From assembly GCA_014191855.1 (NCBI GenBank), contig BJHF01000010.1, forward strand, positions 1,121 through 65,120: 64,000 bases of DNA, read 5' to 3'. The translations under genes were made by a program, and so were the position numbers. Below the pieces are notes generated by a model, which saw only the letters and a program-made list of their open reading frames with translations, had not been told where the DNA came from and made no database searches. This stretch comes from Deltaproteobacteria bacterium (GTDB lineage Bacteria; Myxococcota_A; UBA796; SXON01). This document shows positions 52,028 to 61,229 of the stretch, one piece after another (within the stretch, counting starts at the first letter, position 1; each line of letters begins with the position of its first letter).

Positions 52028-52133
52028 GGTTCAGCCGCGTTGCGATGAGCCGCGGCCGCATCTGACAAAGTTACCTGGCCGCGCTCATCGCCCTCCATAG
52101 TTGCCGCGACCCGCGGGGTGGCCGGCGTTCCTG

Positions 52134-52737
52134 TCAGAACTGGTAGTTGAACTCGACCGCCTGCGGCAACCAATACAACGGAATGGTTTCAGTGGGGATC
52201 GGCAGCCCCACGCGGAGGTACCAGTGAGGCCAGGAGCACTGCCACGAGAGGGTGATCACGGAGTCGAGGTTGTCGGTGAGCGGCTTGTCGAAGTGAACTG
52301 TCGCTCCGACCTCGGTCGTTTCATCCTCGGTTTCGTAGCCGCCGCTCACGGTGCCGCTGAGCAGGATGAAGGTGGTCGTTTGAAGCACGAGGGCGTCGCG
52401 GCGATTGAACCGGAAGTCGGCGTTGAGGCGCAGTTGGGTGAGCGACAGGTTCGCGCCGGCATAGAGCGCGCCGCTTTGGGCGAGGGACTCGCCCAGCTCC
52501 TCGCTGAGGTGTCACCTTTCCGTGGGCGTTCGGGACCCCGAAGAAAAACAACGCGGTCGTTGTGCCCACGTCCACGTTCTGCCAGACCCCGAAGTCCTGG
52601 TCGAACAGGCCGATTCGGCCGTGCCCGAGCCCGAGTGGGTAGGCGCTGTAGTCGGTGGCGAGCTTGGCTTCGATGGGCGAGTCGGCCCAGGGACCGGCGA
52701 GGGCGGCGGGTACGAGCAGGGCGAGGAGAGTGAGCAC
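52134..52737 (-). pseudogene. Small outer-membrane beta-barrel gene interrupted by a 1-nt frameshift
   Basis: The frame from the start at 52737 (MLTLLALLVPAALAGPWADSPIEAK...FFFGVPNAHGKV) stops looking protein-like at ~52513. The +1 frame opens at 52511 and reads HLSEELGESLAQSGALYAGANLSLTQLRLNADFRF...LPQAVEFNYQF, with a terminal Phe typical of OMPs and high GC3. The junction is AAGGTG-A-CACCTC. Confidence 0.65.
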
Positions 52738-52746
52738 CGAGCGCGC

Positions 52747-55700
52747 TCAGTAAACCGTCAACTTGTAGAACTTGCTCGTGTCGTAGTCCGCCATGTACAG
52801 CGTGCCTTCGGTGCCGACGGTACAGGAGCCGTTGTTTCCGTGGTCCACCGGGAAGGCGGTGATCGTCGCCCAGGAATTGGCCGCCATGTCGTATTGGTAG
52901 ATCGACGTGCCGCTTGAGCCGCCGGCGGCGTAGAGGTGGCCGGACCAATCGCCACATACGATGTCGTTCAGGAAGCCTTCGGGGTGGCTGGTCATGGTGG
53001 AGAAGGTCTTGGCGCTGGCGTCAAATCGGTACAGATTGCCCGCGGAGAACGCGCCGAAGTACACCGCTTCCTCGGTCGGATCGTAAACCAGGCGGGTCTC
53101 GGACAACGAGCCGTGGCCGTCGGAGTATTGGGTGACCGTACCCGCGCTGACATCGTACTCTACAATGGAGCCGTTGTTACTGTGCCCGTAGATGTGCCCG
53201 TCGCAATCGGCGACCGTCTGGTTGTAGTCGTCGCCGCCGGCGTAGGTGCCGTGGGTGGACCAGGAGTCGGCCGAAACGTCGTACTGGTAGACGTTTCCGC
53301 ACCGGATCATCCACAGGTCCCCATCGTACGGGGCCATGCTGTTCCATACGCTGTTGCACGGCGTGCTGGAGGACACCGAGGCCCATGTGTCGTAGGTTGG
53401 ATCGTAGTAGCTGAGGTTCGTGCCGTAGGCGTTGTAGACATAATCGAAGTCGTCGGGCTTGAACGTCATCAACGAGAACAGGTAGTTCGGGGCCACCGCG
53501 AGGTGGGTCCAGCTCGTTCCGGTTGTGCCCGAGAAGCCGGGCGAGTCGCAGGTACCGGTGCCGATGGTGACGCTATCGGAGGCGGAGGGGCCGTCGTCCG
53601 TGCCGTCGTTCGCGGTGACCGTGCAGGTCCAAATCTCGCCGCGGGTGGTCGCGGATCCCGGCACGGTATCGCCCGTTTCGTAGGTGGTCGTGGCTGCGGT
53701 GTAGGCGATGCCGTCTACGTCCCACTCAATGGTGTAGCTGAGGGTGTCGCCGTCGGTGTCCGTCGCGTCGGCGGTGATCTCACAGATCAGGTCGTCGTTG
53801 CTGTCCGGCGGGTCGGGCGTGATCGCGATGGTCGCGGCGGTTGGCGCGGTGTTTTCGATGGTCACGGACGCTGACATGGGCGTGCCGTAGTCGGCGCCGT
53901 CGTAGGGCGTGGCGGTGACCGTGACCGTGTCTCCCCGATCAAACCAGGCCGTGCCCGCCAACTTGGACGAGGATGCCGCCACCAGCGCGCCGTTGATCTC
54001 CCACTCGTAGGACAAGCGCACGGTGTCTCCGTCGGCGTCAGTCGTGGTGGCGGTGGTGACGAGGGTATCGTCGGTTCCGGGCGCTGCGGGCGTCAGCGTC
54101 AAACCCGTGATCTCCGGCGGCGAGTTGCCGATGGTGATGGAGTCGGAGAGCGCGGTTCCGGTGTCGGTGCCGTCGTCGGGGGTCACCGTACACACGACGG
54201 TGTCTCCCGAAACGAAGCCGCTGCTGAGCGTGGACGCGGTGGAGACCGCCAGGCCGTTGATCGTCCACACGAGCGTCGATGCGTCGGCGTCGCCATCCGC
54301 GTCGCTCCATCCCGTCCAGGCACAGGTCAAGGTGTCCCCGTAGTAGGCGGGGTTCGGCGTGATGGCAACGCTGGTCAACGCGGGCGCCGTGTTCTCGATG
54401 GTGACGTTGGCGTTGGACGAAGGCCCATCGCTCATCCCATCATTGGGCGTTACGACGACCTCCCAGGTTTCGCCTCGCGTGGTCGCGGAAGCGGGGAGGG
54501 TGCTGGCCGTGCTCGCGGCGGACAATGTGCCGTTCACGTACCAGGCGTAGCTGTAGGTGACGGGATCCCCGTTTGGATCGGTGCTGGCGGTGTCAATCGA
54601 GACGGTGAGCACGTCGTCTGTCCAGGCGGGATCCGGCGTGAGCGAGATCCCTGGCGCCGTCGGCACGCCGTTTACTGTGAGATCAAACATCTCGCGGGTG
54701 TAGAGCCCCGTGGTGTCCGTAACCGTGACCAAGATGGTGTGTTCGCCAACGCTCAACGTGTCGAGGCCGAACAGGATGTTGCCAGACGGGTCGGCCCCAT
54801 CGAGGGAGATCGTGCCATCGAGCGTGCTTACCCACGCCACGGTGAGATCGTCGGGGTTGTCCTCGGCATCGTACACGTCGGCGTCGAAGACAACCGTTGC
54901 GCCTTCCTCCACCACATCCCCGTCCATTGGCGTGTTGACGACGATCGTGGGCGGCGTGCTGACCGTGTACTGGATCAGTTGGGAGCACGTTTCGCCCAAT
55001 TCATCGGCCACGTTCATCGAGATGGTGTGCGTGCCAGACGTGAGCGCGGACGTGCTGAACACCACGTTGCCGCTGGAGTCGGGGCTGCTCGCGCTCAGCA
55101 CCCCATCCCGGTCGCTGGCCCACTCGACCGCGAGCTGGTCGGCAGTAATGTCCGCATCGGAGACGCGCCCTTTGAAGGTGACGGAGGCCCCGGCCTGGCC
55201 CATCGTGCCGTCCGCCGGCTCCACGATGGCGCACTCTGGCGGGGTATTCGGCGGCCCGACCTCAATCACCACTGAGTCGGTGGCCGACTTGCCCCCTGAG
55301 TCGGTGACCGTGAGAGTCACGTAATGTTCGCCTTCGCTGAGGTTTCCCGCCGTCGTGGCGTGTCCGGAAGAATCCACCGCCGTGACGACGTCCAACGGCC
55401 CGGCCAGGCTGGAGCTCCAGGCGAGCGTGAGCGCCTCGGGCGCATCTTCCGCATCCCCAACCTGGGCTTCGAACACGATCAGTCGGTCGGAGTAGTACAC
55501 GCCCTCGGCGACGGGCGCGAGCAAGTCGGCGGTCGGGGCATCTGTCGCGACGACAATGAGGTTGACGTGGTCGTCGCCGTGCTGATTGTCGCTGTCCACC
55601 ACCACGAGCGACACGCTGGTGTCCTCCGGCGTAAGCGCCACTTCGCAGGTGGAGATCCCGTCGTCTGCTGGCGGCGCTGGAGGACACAGCTCGCGGGCGT

Positions 55701-55902
55701 TGGACGACCACGTGGCGATCAGATCGCTCGGTGGGTCGTCGTTGTCAATCTCGGAGCCCTGAAAGCGCTGCACCGCCCCCTCAAGTACGGTAGCGCCGTC
55801 GCCGTGCGAGAAGATCTCCACCTCCGGCGCATACTTCTGCACCGAGAGCGTGCTGTCATTGCAGGCGGCGAGCGCGAGGAGGGGGAGGGGCGTGAGGCGC
55901 AT
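52747..55902 (-). CDS. Lipoprotein: array of Ig-like (PKD/Big-like) domains plus C-terminal Kelch-like beta-propeller
   Basis: 1051 aa from the ATG at 55902, with lipobox LLALAAC. About 8 repeated ~90-aa beta domains carry W.S...G and V.V.D..G motifs. The C-terminal ~330 aa has YxYD...W repeats (YYDPTYDTWAS, YQYDVSADSWST, VEYDVSAGTVTQ, YRFDASAKTFST, YQYDMAANSWAT). Confidence 0.85.
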   Translation of the reverse strand: MRLTPLPLLALAACNDSTLSVQKYAPEVEIFSHGDGATVLEGAVQRFQGSEIDNDDPPSDLIATWSSNARELCPPAPPADDGISTCEVALTPEDTSVSLVVVDSDNQHGDDHVNLIVVATDAPTADLLAPVAEGVYYSDRLIVFEAQVGDAEDAPEALTLAWSSSLAGPLDVVTAVDSSGHATTAGNLSEGEHYVTLTVTDSGGKSATDSVVIEVGPPNTPPECAIVEPADGTMGQAGASVTFKGRVSDADITADQLAVEWASDRDGVLSASSPDSSGNVVFSTSALTSGTHTISMNVADELGETCSQLIQYTVSTPPTIVVNTPMDGDVVEEGATVVFDADVYDAEDNPDDLTVAWVSTLDGTISLDGADPSGNILFGLDTLSVGEHTILVTVTDTTGLYTREMFDLTVNGVPTAPGISLTPDPAWTDDVLTVSIDTASTDPNGDPVTYSYAWYVNGTLSAASTASTLPASATTRGETWEVVVTPNDGMSDGPSSNANVTIENTAPALTSVAITPNPAYYGDTLTCAWTGWSDADGDADASTLVWTINGLAVSTASTLSSGFVSGDTVVCTVTPDDGTDTGTALSDSITIGNSPPEITGLTLTPAAPGTDDTLVTTATTTDADGDTVRLSYEWEINGALVAASSSKLAGTAWFDRGDTVTVTATPYDGADYGTPMSASVTIENTAPTAATIAITPDPPDSNDDLICEITADATDTDGDTLSYTIEWDVDGIAYTAATTTYETGDTVPGSATTRGEIWTCTVTANDGTDDGPSASDSVTIGTGTCDSPGFSGTTGTSWTHLAVAPNYLFSLMTFKPDDFDYVYNAYGTNLSYYDPTYDTWASVSSSTPCNSVWNSMAPYDGDLWMIRCGNVYQYDVSADSWSTHGTYAGGDDYNQTVADCDGHIYGHSNNGSIVEYDVSAGTVTQYSDGHGSLSETRLVYDPTEEAVYFGAFSAGNLYRFDASAKTFSTMTSHPEGFLNDIVCGDWSGHLYAAGGSSGTSIYQYDMAANSWATITAFPVDHGNNGSCTVGTEGTLYMADYDTSKFYKLTVY

Positions 55903-55934
55903 GCCGAAGCATACCACATCGCCGGGGGGTGCCC

Positions 55935-56942
55935 TCAGTAACGCCCGTCCACACCGGGGAACGGCGTGCCATCCACGAACGTGCCTGGGCTGAAGTCGCC
56001 AATCGAGCCGGTGGCGTAGGTGTGGTGGGTGTACGCGGTGCCCCAGACGTCGGGCGCGAGAACCATGCTCGCGTCCTCAATCGCGTCGACATCCGTGCCT
56101 TCGCCGTACGCAAAAGTGGTGAGCACGCCGCCGGTGGGGTCACGCAATTCGATGTGTTCGCCTTCGTTGTTGAACGAGAGGCCGTATTCGAGGCCCGAGT
56201 CGCCGTTTACCGCGGAGACGAACTGAACGTTGGCGGCGCTGAGCGCGCTCACATCCCCGCCGCCGAACACCACGATCGCTTCGCCCGCGCGCAGCACGGT
56301 GCCGTCGGCGAAGGTGTGGCGGGGGAGGCCCGTGTAGAAGTCATCTTCGATGAGCGTGCAGCCGGCGAGGCTGACGGTGACATCGGAGAGGTTGGCGATC
56401 TCGATGAACTCGTCCTGTACGGAGTCGATGGTGCCGTCGCCGTTGGGGTCGCCGTCCACCGTGCCATCCGCGAGCACTTCGTTGATAACGAGATCAGCGT
56501 TGGTGGCGGGGACGATGCCCACGGTGAGCGCGCCTGACATGTCGACGCCCGCGTAGGAGCCGCCGATGGTGGTGACGCCCTCGCCGAGCGGCTGGATCAC
56601 CCCTGCGACGTAGATCTTTGCGACCGACTCGTCGGTGCTCGAGAACGTGCTGTCGGCGGTCACGTCGGCGGTGGAGCCATCGTCGTAGTGGGCGGTGATC
56701 ACGATGGCGAGCGTGTCGCGCGTCGTGATCGCCTGCTCCACAAAGTTCCAGCTCACGCCGTCGAGCACGGGCTCAACCGCGGTGTCGCCGGTCTCAGTGT
56801 CACCGGTCTCGGTGTCGCCGGAGTCGGCGCTGTCACCGCTGTCGGTGCCGATATCACCGGTGTCCGAGGTGTCCTTGGACGTGTCCGGGCAGCCAAGCAG
56901 GCCGAATACGCCAAGCAGGCTGCAGGTAGAGATCAAGCGCAT
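55935..56942 (-). CDS. Lipoprotein: DTS/DTG linker, Big_2-like domain and one lamin-tail domain (LTD)
   Basis: 335 aa from the ATG at 56942, with lipobox FGLLGC. The linker is DTSKDTSDTGDIGTDSGDSADSGDTETGDTETGDT. LVINEVLADG...DEFIEIANLSDVTVSLAGCTL is the LTD signature. Confidence 0.8.
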   Translation of the reverse strand: MRLISTCSLLGVFGLLGCPDTSKDTSDTGDIGTDSGDSADSGDTETGDTETGDTAVEPVLDGVSWNFVEQAITTRDTLAIVITAHYDDGSTADVTADSTFSSTDESVAKIYVAGVIQPLGEGVTTIGGSYAGVDMSGALTVGIVPATNADLVINEVLADGTVDGDPNGDGTIDSVQDEFIEIANLSDVTVSLAGCTLIEDDFYTGLPRHTFADGTVLRAGEAIVVFGGGDVSALSAANVQFVSAVNGDSGLEYGLSFNNEGEHIELRDPTGGVLTTFAYGEGTDVDAIEDASMVLAPDVWGTAYTHHTYATGSIGDFSPGTFVDGTPFPGVDGRY

Positions 56943-56956
56943 GGAATCTCCATAGA

Positions 56957-59941
56957 TCAGGGGCAGGTGCCCTGGCCGGGCGAGGAGCCGGTGGAGCAGG
57001 TGGACTTCACCCAGTTGGCCGCGGTGTCGCCCGCAGCGATGCTGGTCTTGACGATGGACTTGCCGTTGCCGGCGTCTGTTGGGTAGCTGTAGCTGTCGAT
57101 CAACGAGGCGCCATCGCTCTCGTAGAGGAACACGGGATCGTTGGTGGAGAGCCCCGAGCCGATGTTCGAGTCGTCGACCGTGAGGATCAGCGCGCCCGTC
57201 GGGATCGCGGAGTAGTCGCCGGCGTAGTTGACATCGAGGATCACCGCGTATTCGCCCGGGGCGAGGATGGTATCGTAGATGTCGGTGAAGCCGAACACGG
57301 TGTCGAGCGCATCCCCATCCCAAACGACCATGTACAACAGATCGATCGAGGCGGTGTCGTTGTTGTAGATCTCGATGAATTCGCCCGTGGACTCGTCGAG
57401 GGGGTTGGACATGATCTCGGTGATCACGAGGTCGTACACCGACTCCGTGGCGCCGGAGGAGCCGGTGGACACACAGTTGTCGGCGCCAGGAGATGAGCCG
57501 CTGCCACAGGTGCTGGCGAGCCAGTTGTCGGCCGTGTCGAGCCCGCCGGCGATGGCCACGCGCTCGATGCTCAGGCCGTTCCCCGGGTTGATCGGGTAGA
57601 TCATCGCATCGACCATGCTCTCGCCATCGGTTTCGTAGAACACGACCTCGTCCTTCACGCTCAGGCCGTTGCCGATCGTGGAGTTGCCGAGCGTCATGAT
57701 TACTGCGTCGGCCGGGATCGAATATTCGCCGGCATATTCGCTGTCCACGATGACCGCGTATTCGCCGGGCGCAAGCTCGGTCGTGCCGCCACCAAACGAA
57801 GCGATGGTGTCGTCCTCTGCGCCGTCGGTGAGCACCATCCCGGCGAGATCGATGGTGTCAACGCCCGCATTGTACAGCTCGATGAACTCCCCCGTGTCTT
57901 CGTTGAGCGGGTTGTTCATCACCTCGTTGATGAGGATCGCTTCGCAAATCCCGCCGGCGCTGCCATTGAGGCGACCGGGGGAACGGCCGCGCGTACAGGA
58001 AGCCGAGGCACGCGCCCAGTTGGCCGCGGTGTCGCCCGCGGCGTAGTCCACCTTTTCGATGGCGTACCCGTCACCCGGATCGCTCGCAAAGGTGTAGCTG
58101 TCGATAAGGGTCGTGCCGTCGGTCTGGTAAAGGTACACCTTGTCGCTCACCGAAAGGCCGTTTCCAAGGGTGGAATCGCCGGTCGTGAGCAGCACGATGT
58201 CGGTGGGCAGATAATAGTCGTAGGCATAGCCGCGGTCCAGGATCACGGCGTGCTCGCCGGGGCCGATCAGCGTGCTGCCGCCCTGGAAACCCTCCAGCGT
58301 GTCCTTGGACTTGCTGTCCTTGAAGATGAGGCCGGCAGCGTCGATCTCAAGGGTGCCGCTGTTGTAGAGCTCCACGTACTCGCCCTGGGCTTCCACCGCC
58401 GCGTTGGCCAGGACTTCGGTGATCACGAGCGCGCTCGGGTCCCCCGTCGGGGCGAAGCAGTGGGCGGCGCCGGGGGATGAGCCGGAAGCGCAGTCGCTGG
58501 CCCGCCAGTTGCCCGTCACGTCGCCGTCGGTCAGGTCCACCATCTCCATCGAGATGCCGTTGCCCGGGTCCTTCGGGAAGGAGAACGAGCTGATCAGCGT
58601 GCTACCGTCCGTCTCGTAGAGGGAGATCGGGTCACCCGTGGTGAGGCCGTTGCCAACCTCGGTGTCGCTCGTCGTCACGACGGTCACGCTCGCATCGATG
58701 GTGTAGCCGGTCGCATATTCGGGGTCGATCACGACGGCGTAGGCGCCCGGGGCGAGGGTGGTGGACCCGGCGCCAAAGGCCTTGATCGTGTCCATTTCGT
58801 CGCCGTCGGTGAGCATGAGACCGGCGAGATCCACGGAGCTGGTTCCGGCGTTGTACACCTCCACGAACTCCTGCGTGGACTCGGTGATCGCGTTCGCCAT
58901 CACCTCGGTGACGATAAGATCGTAGGTGGAGAGGGCATACTCGTCCATCCCCACATCGTACCCGGCGCCTTGGGGGCGGCTCTCGCCCTCAGAGTCCACC
59001 GCGATCGTGTACGAGCCGCTCGCGGTGTCGAGGCAGGGAGAGACGGCGGTGAGCTTGTAGTTGCCCTCGGCCGCGCCTTCAAAGAGCGGGTCCGCGCTGA
59101 TATCGCTGCCGTCGGCGGCTGCATCATTGATGTAGTCGGTGGTGTTGCCCCACACGAGGTTATTCTTCTGAACGACCGTGGTGGCCGAGTAGAGGTCCAA
59201 GCCGTAGTAGTTGCTGGTGAGGATGTTGTTGGCCACGGTCCAGGTATAGGACGAGCTGGCGTTCGCGATGCCTACCGCGCCGACGAGGTAGCTCGCCGTG
59301 CCGGAGAAGCTGTTCGCCAGGAAGTCATTGTGAATCAGGTTGGCGCCTTCGCCCCCCGAGATCGCGACACCGCCCGCGCCGTTGCTGGCGACGAGGCTGT
59401 TGTACATCGTGAGCGGGCCGGACTCGTAGCTGTACACGCCGTACCAGTTGTACCCGAGGGTGACGTCGGAGAGCACCACGCCGTCTGCGCCATTGCTGTA
59501 GATCGCGTAGTTGTAGTAGTAGGCGCCTACGTCTTCGAGGGTGGCGTACCCGCTCGTGACGGTGACGCCATTGTCGGTGTAGCGGGCGCGGGTGGCGGAC
59601 CACGTGGCGTCCACGAGGGTGAAGCCGGAGAGCGTGGTGCCGACGGCCGCACCGGCGAAGGTGACCGTGCCGACGAGGTAGGACTGGCCCTGGCCCGCAC
59701 CGTCTACGTTCACGCCGGAGCGCATCGTGATGTCTTCGCTGTAGGTACCCGCGGCGACGGCGACCGTATCTCCCGACGAAGCTGCGTCGATCGCATCCTG
59801 GATCGTGGTGAACCAGGCCTTGCCCTCGGCGAACGCGGGGTCGTCCAGCTCGCTGCCAGGGGCGATCACGAGGAGGGTTTGGCCTTCACCGGGGAGGCAT
59901 GCGCTCAGGAGGAGAACGAAGGAGATCGACATGGCCCGCAC
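56957..59941 (-). CDS. Lipoprotein: right-handed beta-helix (pectin-lyase fold) plus four tandem lamin-tail domains
   Basis: 994 aa with lipobox LLLSAC. The N-terminal ~335 aa has a DUF1565/NosD-like beta-helix pattern. It is followed by 4 units, each starting [LI][IV][IV][TN]E[VI][ML][AS]N...EF[VI]E[VLI]YN and ending in a Cys-x-SPG segment. Confidence 0.85.
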   Translation of the reverse strand: MRAMSISFVLLLSACLPGEGQTLLVIAPGSELDDPAFAEGKAWFTTIQDAIDAASSGDTVAVAAGTYSEDITMRSGVNVDGAGQGQSYLVGTVTFAGAAVGTTLSGFTLVDATWSATRARYTDNGVTVTSGYATLEDVGAYYYNYAIYSNGADGVVLSDVTLGYNWYGVYSYESGPLTMYNSLVASNGAGGVAISGGEGANLIHNDFLANSFSGTASYLVGAVGIANASSSYTWTVANNILTSNYYGLDLYSATTVVQKNNLVWGNTTDYINDAAADGSDISADPLFEGAAEGNYKLTAVSPCLDTASGSYTIAVDSEGESRPQGAGYDVGMDEYALSTYDLIVTEVMANAITESTQEFVEVYNAGTSSVDLAGLMLTDGDEMDTIKAFGAGSTTLAPGAYAVVIDPEYATGYTIDASVTVVTTSDTEVGNGLTTGDPISLYETDGSTLISSFSFPKDPGNGISMEMVDLTDGDVTGNWRASDCASGSSPGAAHCFAPTGDPSALVITEVLANAAVEAQGEYVELYNSGTLEIDAAGLIFKDSKSKDTLEGFQGGSTLIGPGEHAVILDRGYAYDYYLPTDIVLLTTGDSTLGNGLSVSDKVYLYQTDGTTLIDSYTFASDPGDGYAIEKVDYAAGDTAANWARASASCTRGRSPGRLNGSAGGICEAILINEVMNNPLNEDTGEFIELYNAGVDTIDLAGMVLTDGAEDDTIASFGGGTTELAPGEYAVIVDSEYAGEYSIPADAVIMTLGNSTIGNGLSVKDEVVFYETDGESMVDAMIYPINPGNGLSIERVAIAGGLDTADNWLASTCGSGSSPGADNCVSTGSSGATESVYDLVITEIMSNPLDESTGEFIEIYNNDTASIDLLYMVVWDGDALDTVFGFTDIYDTILAPGEYAVILDVNYAGDYSAIPTGALILTVDDSNIGSGLSTNDPVFLYESDGASLIDSYSYPTDAGNGKSIVKTSIAAGDTAANWVKSTCSTGSSPGQGTCP
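56960..58927 (-). repeat. Four ~160-aa lamin-tail-domain repeats (coding)
   Basis: The units begin at DLIVTEVMANA, ALVITEVLANA, AILINEVMNNP and DLVITEIMSNP. Confidence 0.8.
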
Positions 59942-60056
59942 GATGAAACCCCGGTTTTTTGAGGAAGCGGCGTTTCACACGGTTGTCTAGAACGTGCAAG
60001 GGGATTTGACAATTGGAGTGCCGCCCGTGGATAGCTTCGGGGGCAAGAGGTGGTTC

Positions 60057-60821
60057 ATGCGGTTGCTCTTCCTGTTGGCGCTGGGGTGTGACAGCGGGGG
60101 CGTGGAGACGGGTGACACATCTGATACATCCGACACCGGTGATACATCTGACACATCTGATACATCTGATACGGGAGACTCCGGGGTGCTGCGGACGTGT
60201 GACGACATCGTGGCGGAGTTTGATGCCGAGGCCGGCGAGATCCGGGCGTGCGTGGAAGCGGCCGATTGCGGACGAGTGCTCGACGGCACGAGCTGCGGCT
60301 GCACGCGGGACTGGGTCGCCCGCAAGGACGCTGACACCGGCGAATTCTATGCGCTGATGTCGGAGGCCGCGGACTCGGAGTGCGAGCTGGGGCTCGAGTC
60401 TACCTGCGACTGCCCCGAAACGGCCGGCTACGATTGCGTCGATGAGGTGTGTACGTGGAAGTACGTAGATGGCTACTTCGCGTATCCGATGTGCGAGGGG
60501 GCCGATGGATGGGGCTTCGACGTGGAATCTGTGACGCTGGAGGGGGACGAGATCGTGGTGGAGGTGTGGTTCAGCGGCGGCTGCGCGACGCACTGGTTCA
60601 CGACCTGCTGGCCGGACCAGGCGTTCATGGAGTCGTTCCCGGTGCAGGCCAGCCTGGACCTGCTGCACACCAGCGATGAGCCTGATGCGTGCGATGGGTA
60701 CCTCTACGAGGAGGTGCGGGTCGATCTTGTGCCGCTGAAGGCCGCGTACGAGTCGGCATACGGGGCCGGCGGGACGATCGTCGTGCACATCGAGGGGGAG
60801 TCGGTGGAGTACAGTTTTTGA
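60057..60821 (+). CDS. Cys-rich lipoprotein with DTS repeat linker
   Basis: Trimmed to the ATG at 60057. Lipobox LLALGC. The linker is GDTSDTSDTGDTSDTSDTSDTGD. The Cys-rich body follows. Confidence 0.75.
   Translation: MRLLFLLALGCDSGGVETGDTSDTSDTGDTSDTSDTSDTGDSGVLRTCDDIVAEFDAEAGEIRACVEAADCGRVLDGTSCGCTRDWVARKDADTGEFYALMSEAADSECELGLESTCDCPETAGYDCVDEVCTWKYVDGYFAYPMCEGADGWGFDVESVTLEGDEIVVEVWFSGGCATHWFTTCWPDQAFMESFPVQASLDLLHTSDEPDACDGYLYEEVRVDLVPLKAAYESAYGAGGTIVVHIEGESVEYSF
60111..60180 (+). repeat. Coding 9-nt D-T-S repeat (GAYACATCT units)
   Basis: The sequence reads GGT GAC ACA TCT GAT ACA TCC GAC ACC GGT GAT ACA TCT GAC ACA TCT GAT ACA TCT GAT ACG. The A/T-ending codons are unusual for this GC-rich window. 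Confidence 0.75.
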
Positions 60822-60926
60822 AGGAGTAGATGGGGGCGAGGCGCGCAGCCCGTGTGCGTGGTCAGGCGCGGTCGCGGCGCCTCGCGGGTGCGCGCCTGCG
60901 GCGCCGCGCGGGACAGCCGACGCCGC

Positions 60927-61229
60927 TCAGCAGTGCGGTTCCTCCCTCAGGGCGTCACAAGCTGCGCGCTGTTCGTCCGTAGCTTCGGCCACGCGCGGAT
61001 CCTCCAGGTAGTGGTCGCCGCAAATTCTATTGATGACCCAGCACTCGCCGTCGGATGTGGCAAAACGTATTTCGGCGTCTTGGCAGATGTAAGGCGATGT
61101 GTACTCATCCCAGTACCAATTGTCACCGCTGAAGGTGGTCTCGGTCCAACATTCGAGGCTCCTGTCGTATCGATCGGCCACCACCTCACCGGTGCCGACG
61201 AAGCACGCGACCAGGGAGAGCAGCATCAT
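60927..61229 (-). CDS. Small Cys-rich lipoprotein
   Basis: 100 aa from the ATG at 61229. Lipobox LSLVAC plus six further Cys. Codon third positions are visibly less GC-biased (AAT, ACA, ATA, TTT, AGA, ATT). Confidence 0.6.
   Translation of the reverse strand: MMLLSLVACFVGTGEVVADRYDRSLECWTETTFSGDNWYWDEYTSPYICQDAEIRFATSDGECWVINRICGDHYLEDPRVAEATDEQRAACDALREEPHC

Noticed and set aside
59942-60056. TTGACA at 60006-60011 as a promoter for the 60057 lipoprotein, and a mirrored TTGTCA for the LTD operon.
   Set aside because: The -35 hexamer is perfect, but I could not find a convincing -10 at 17-19 nt on either strand. The evidence is too weak to list as a feature.
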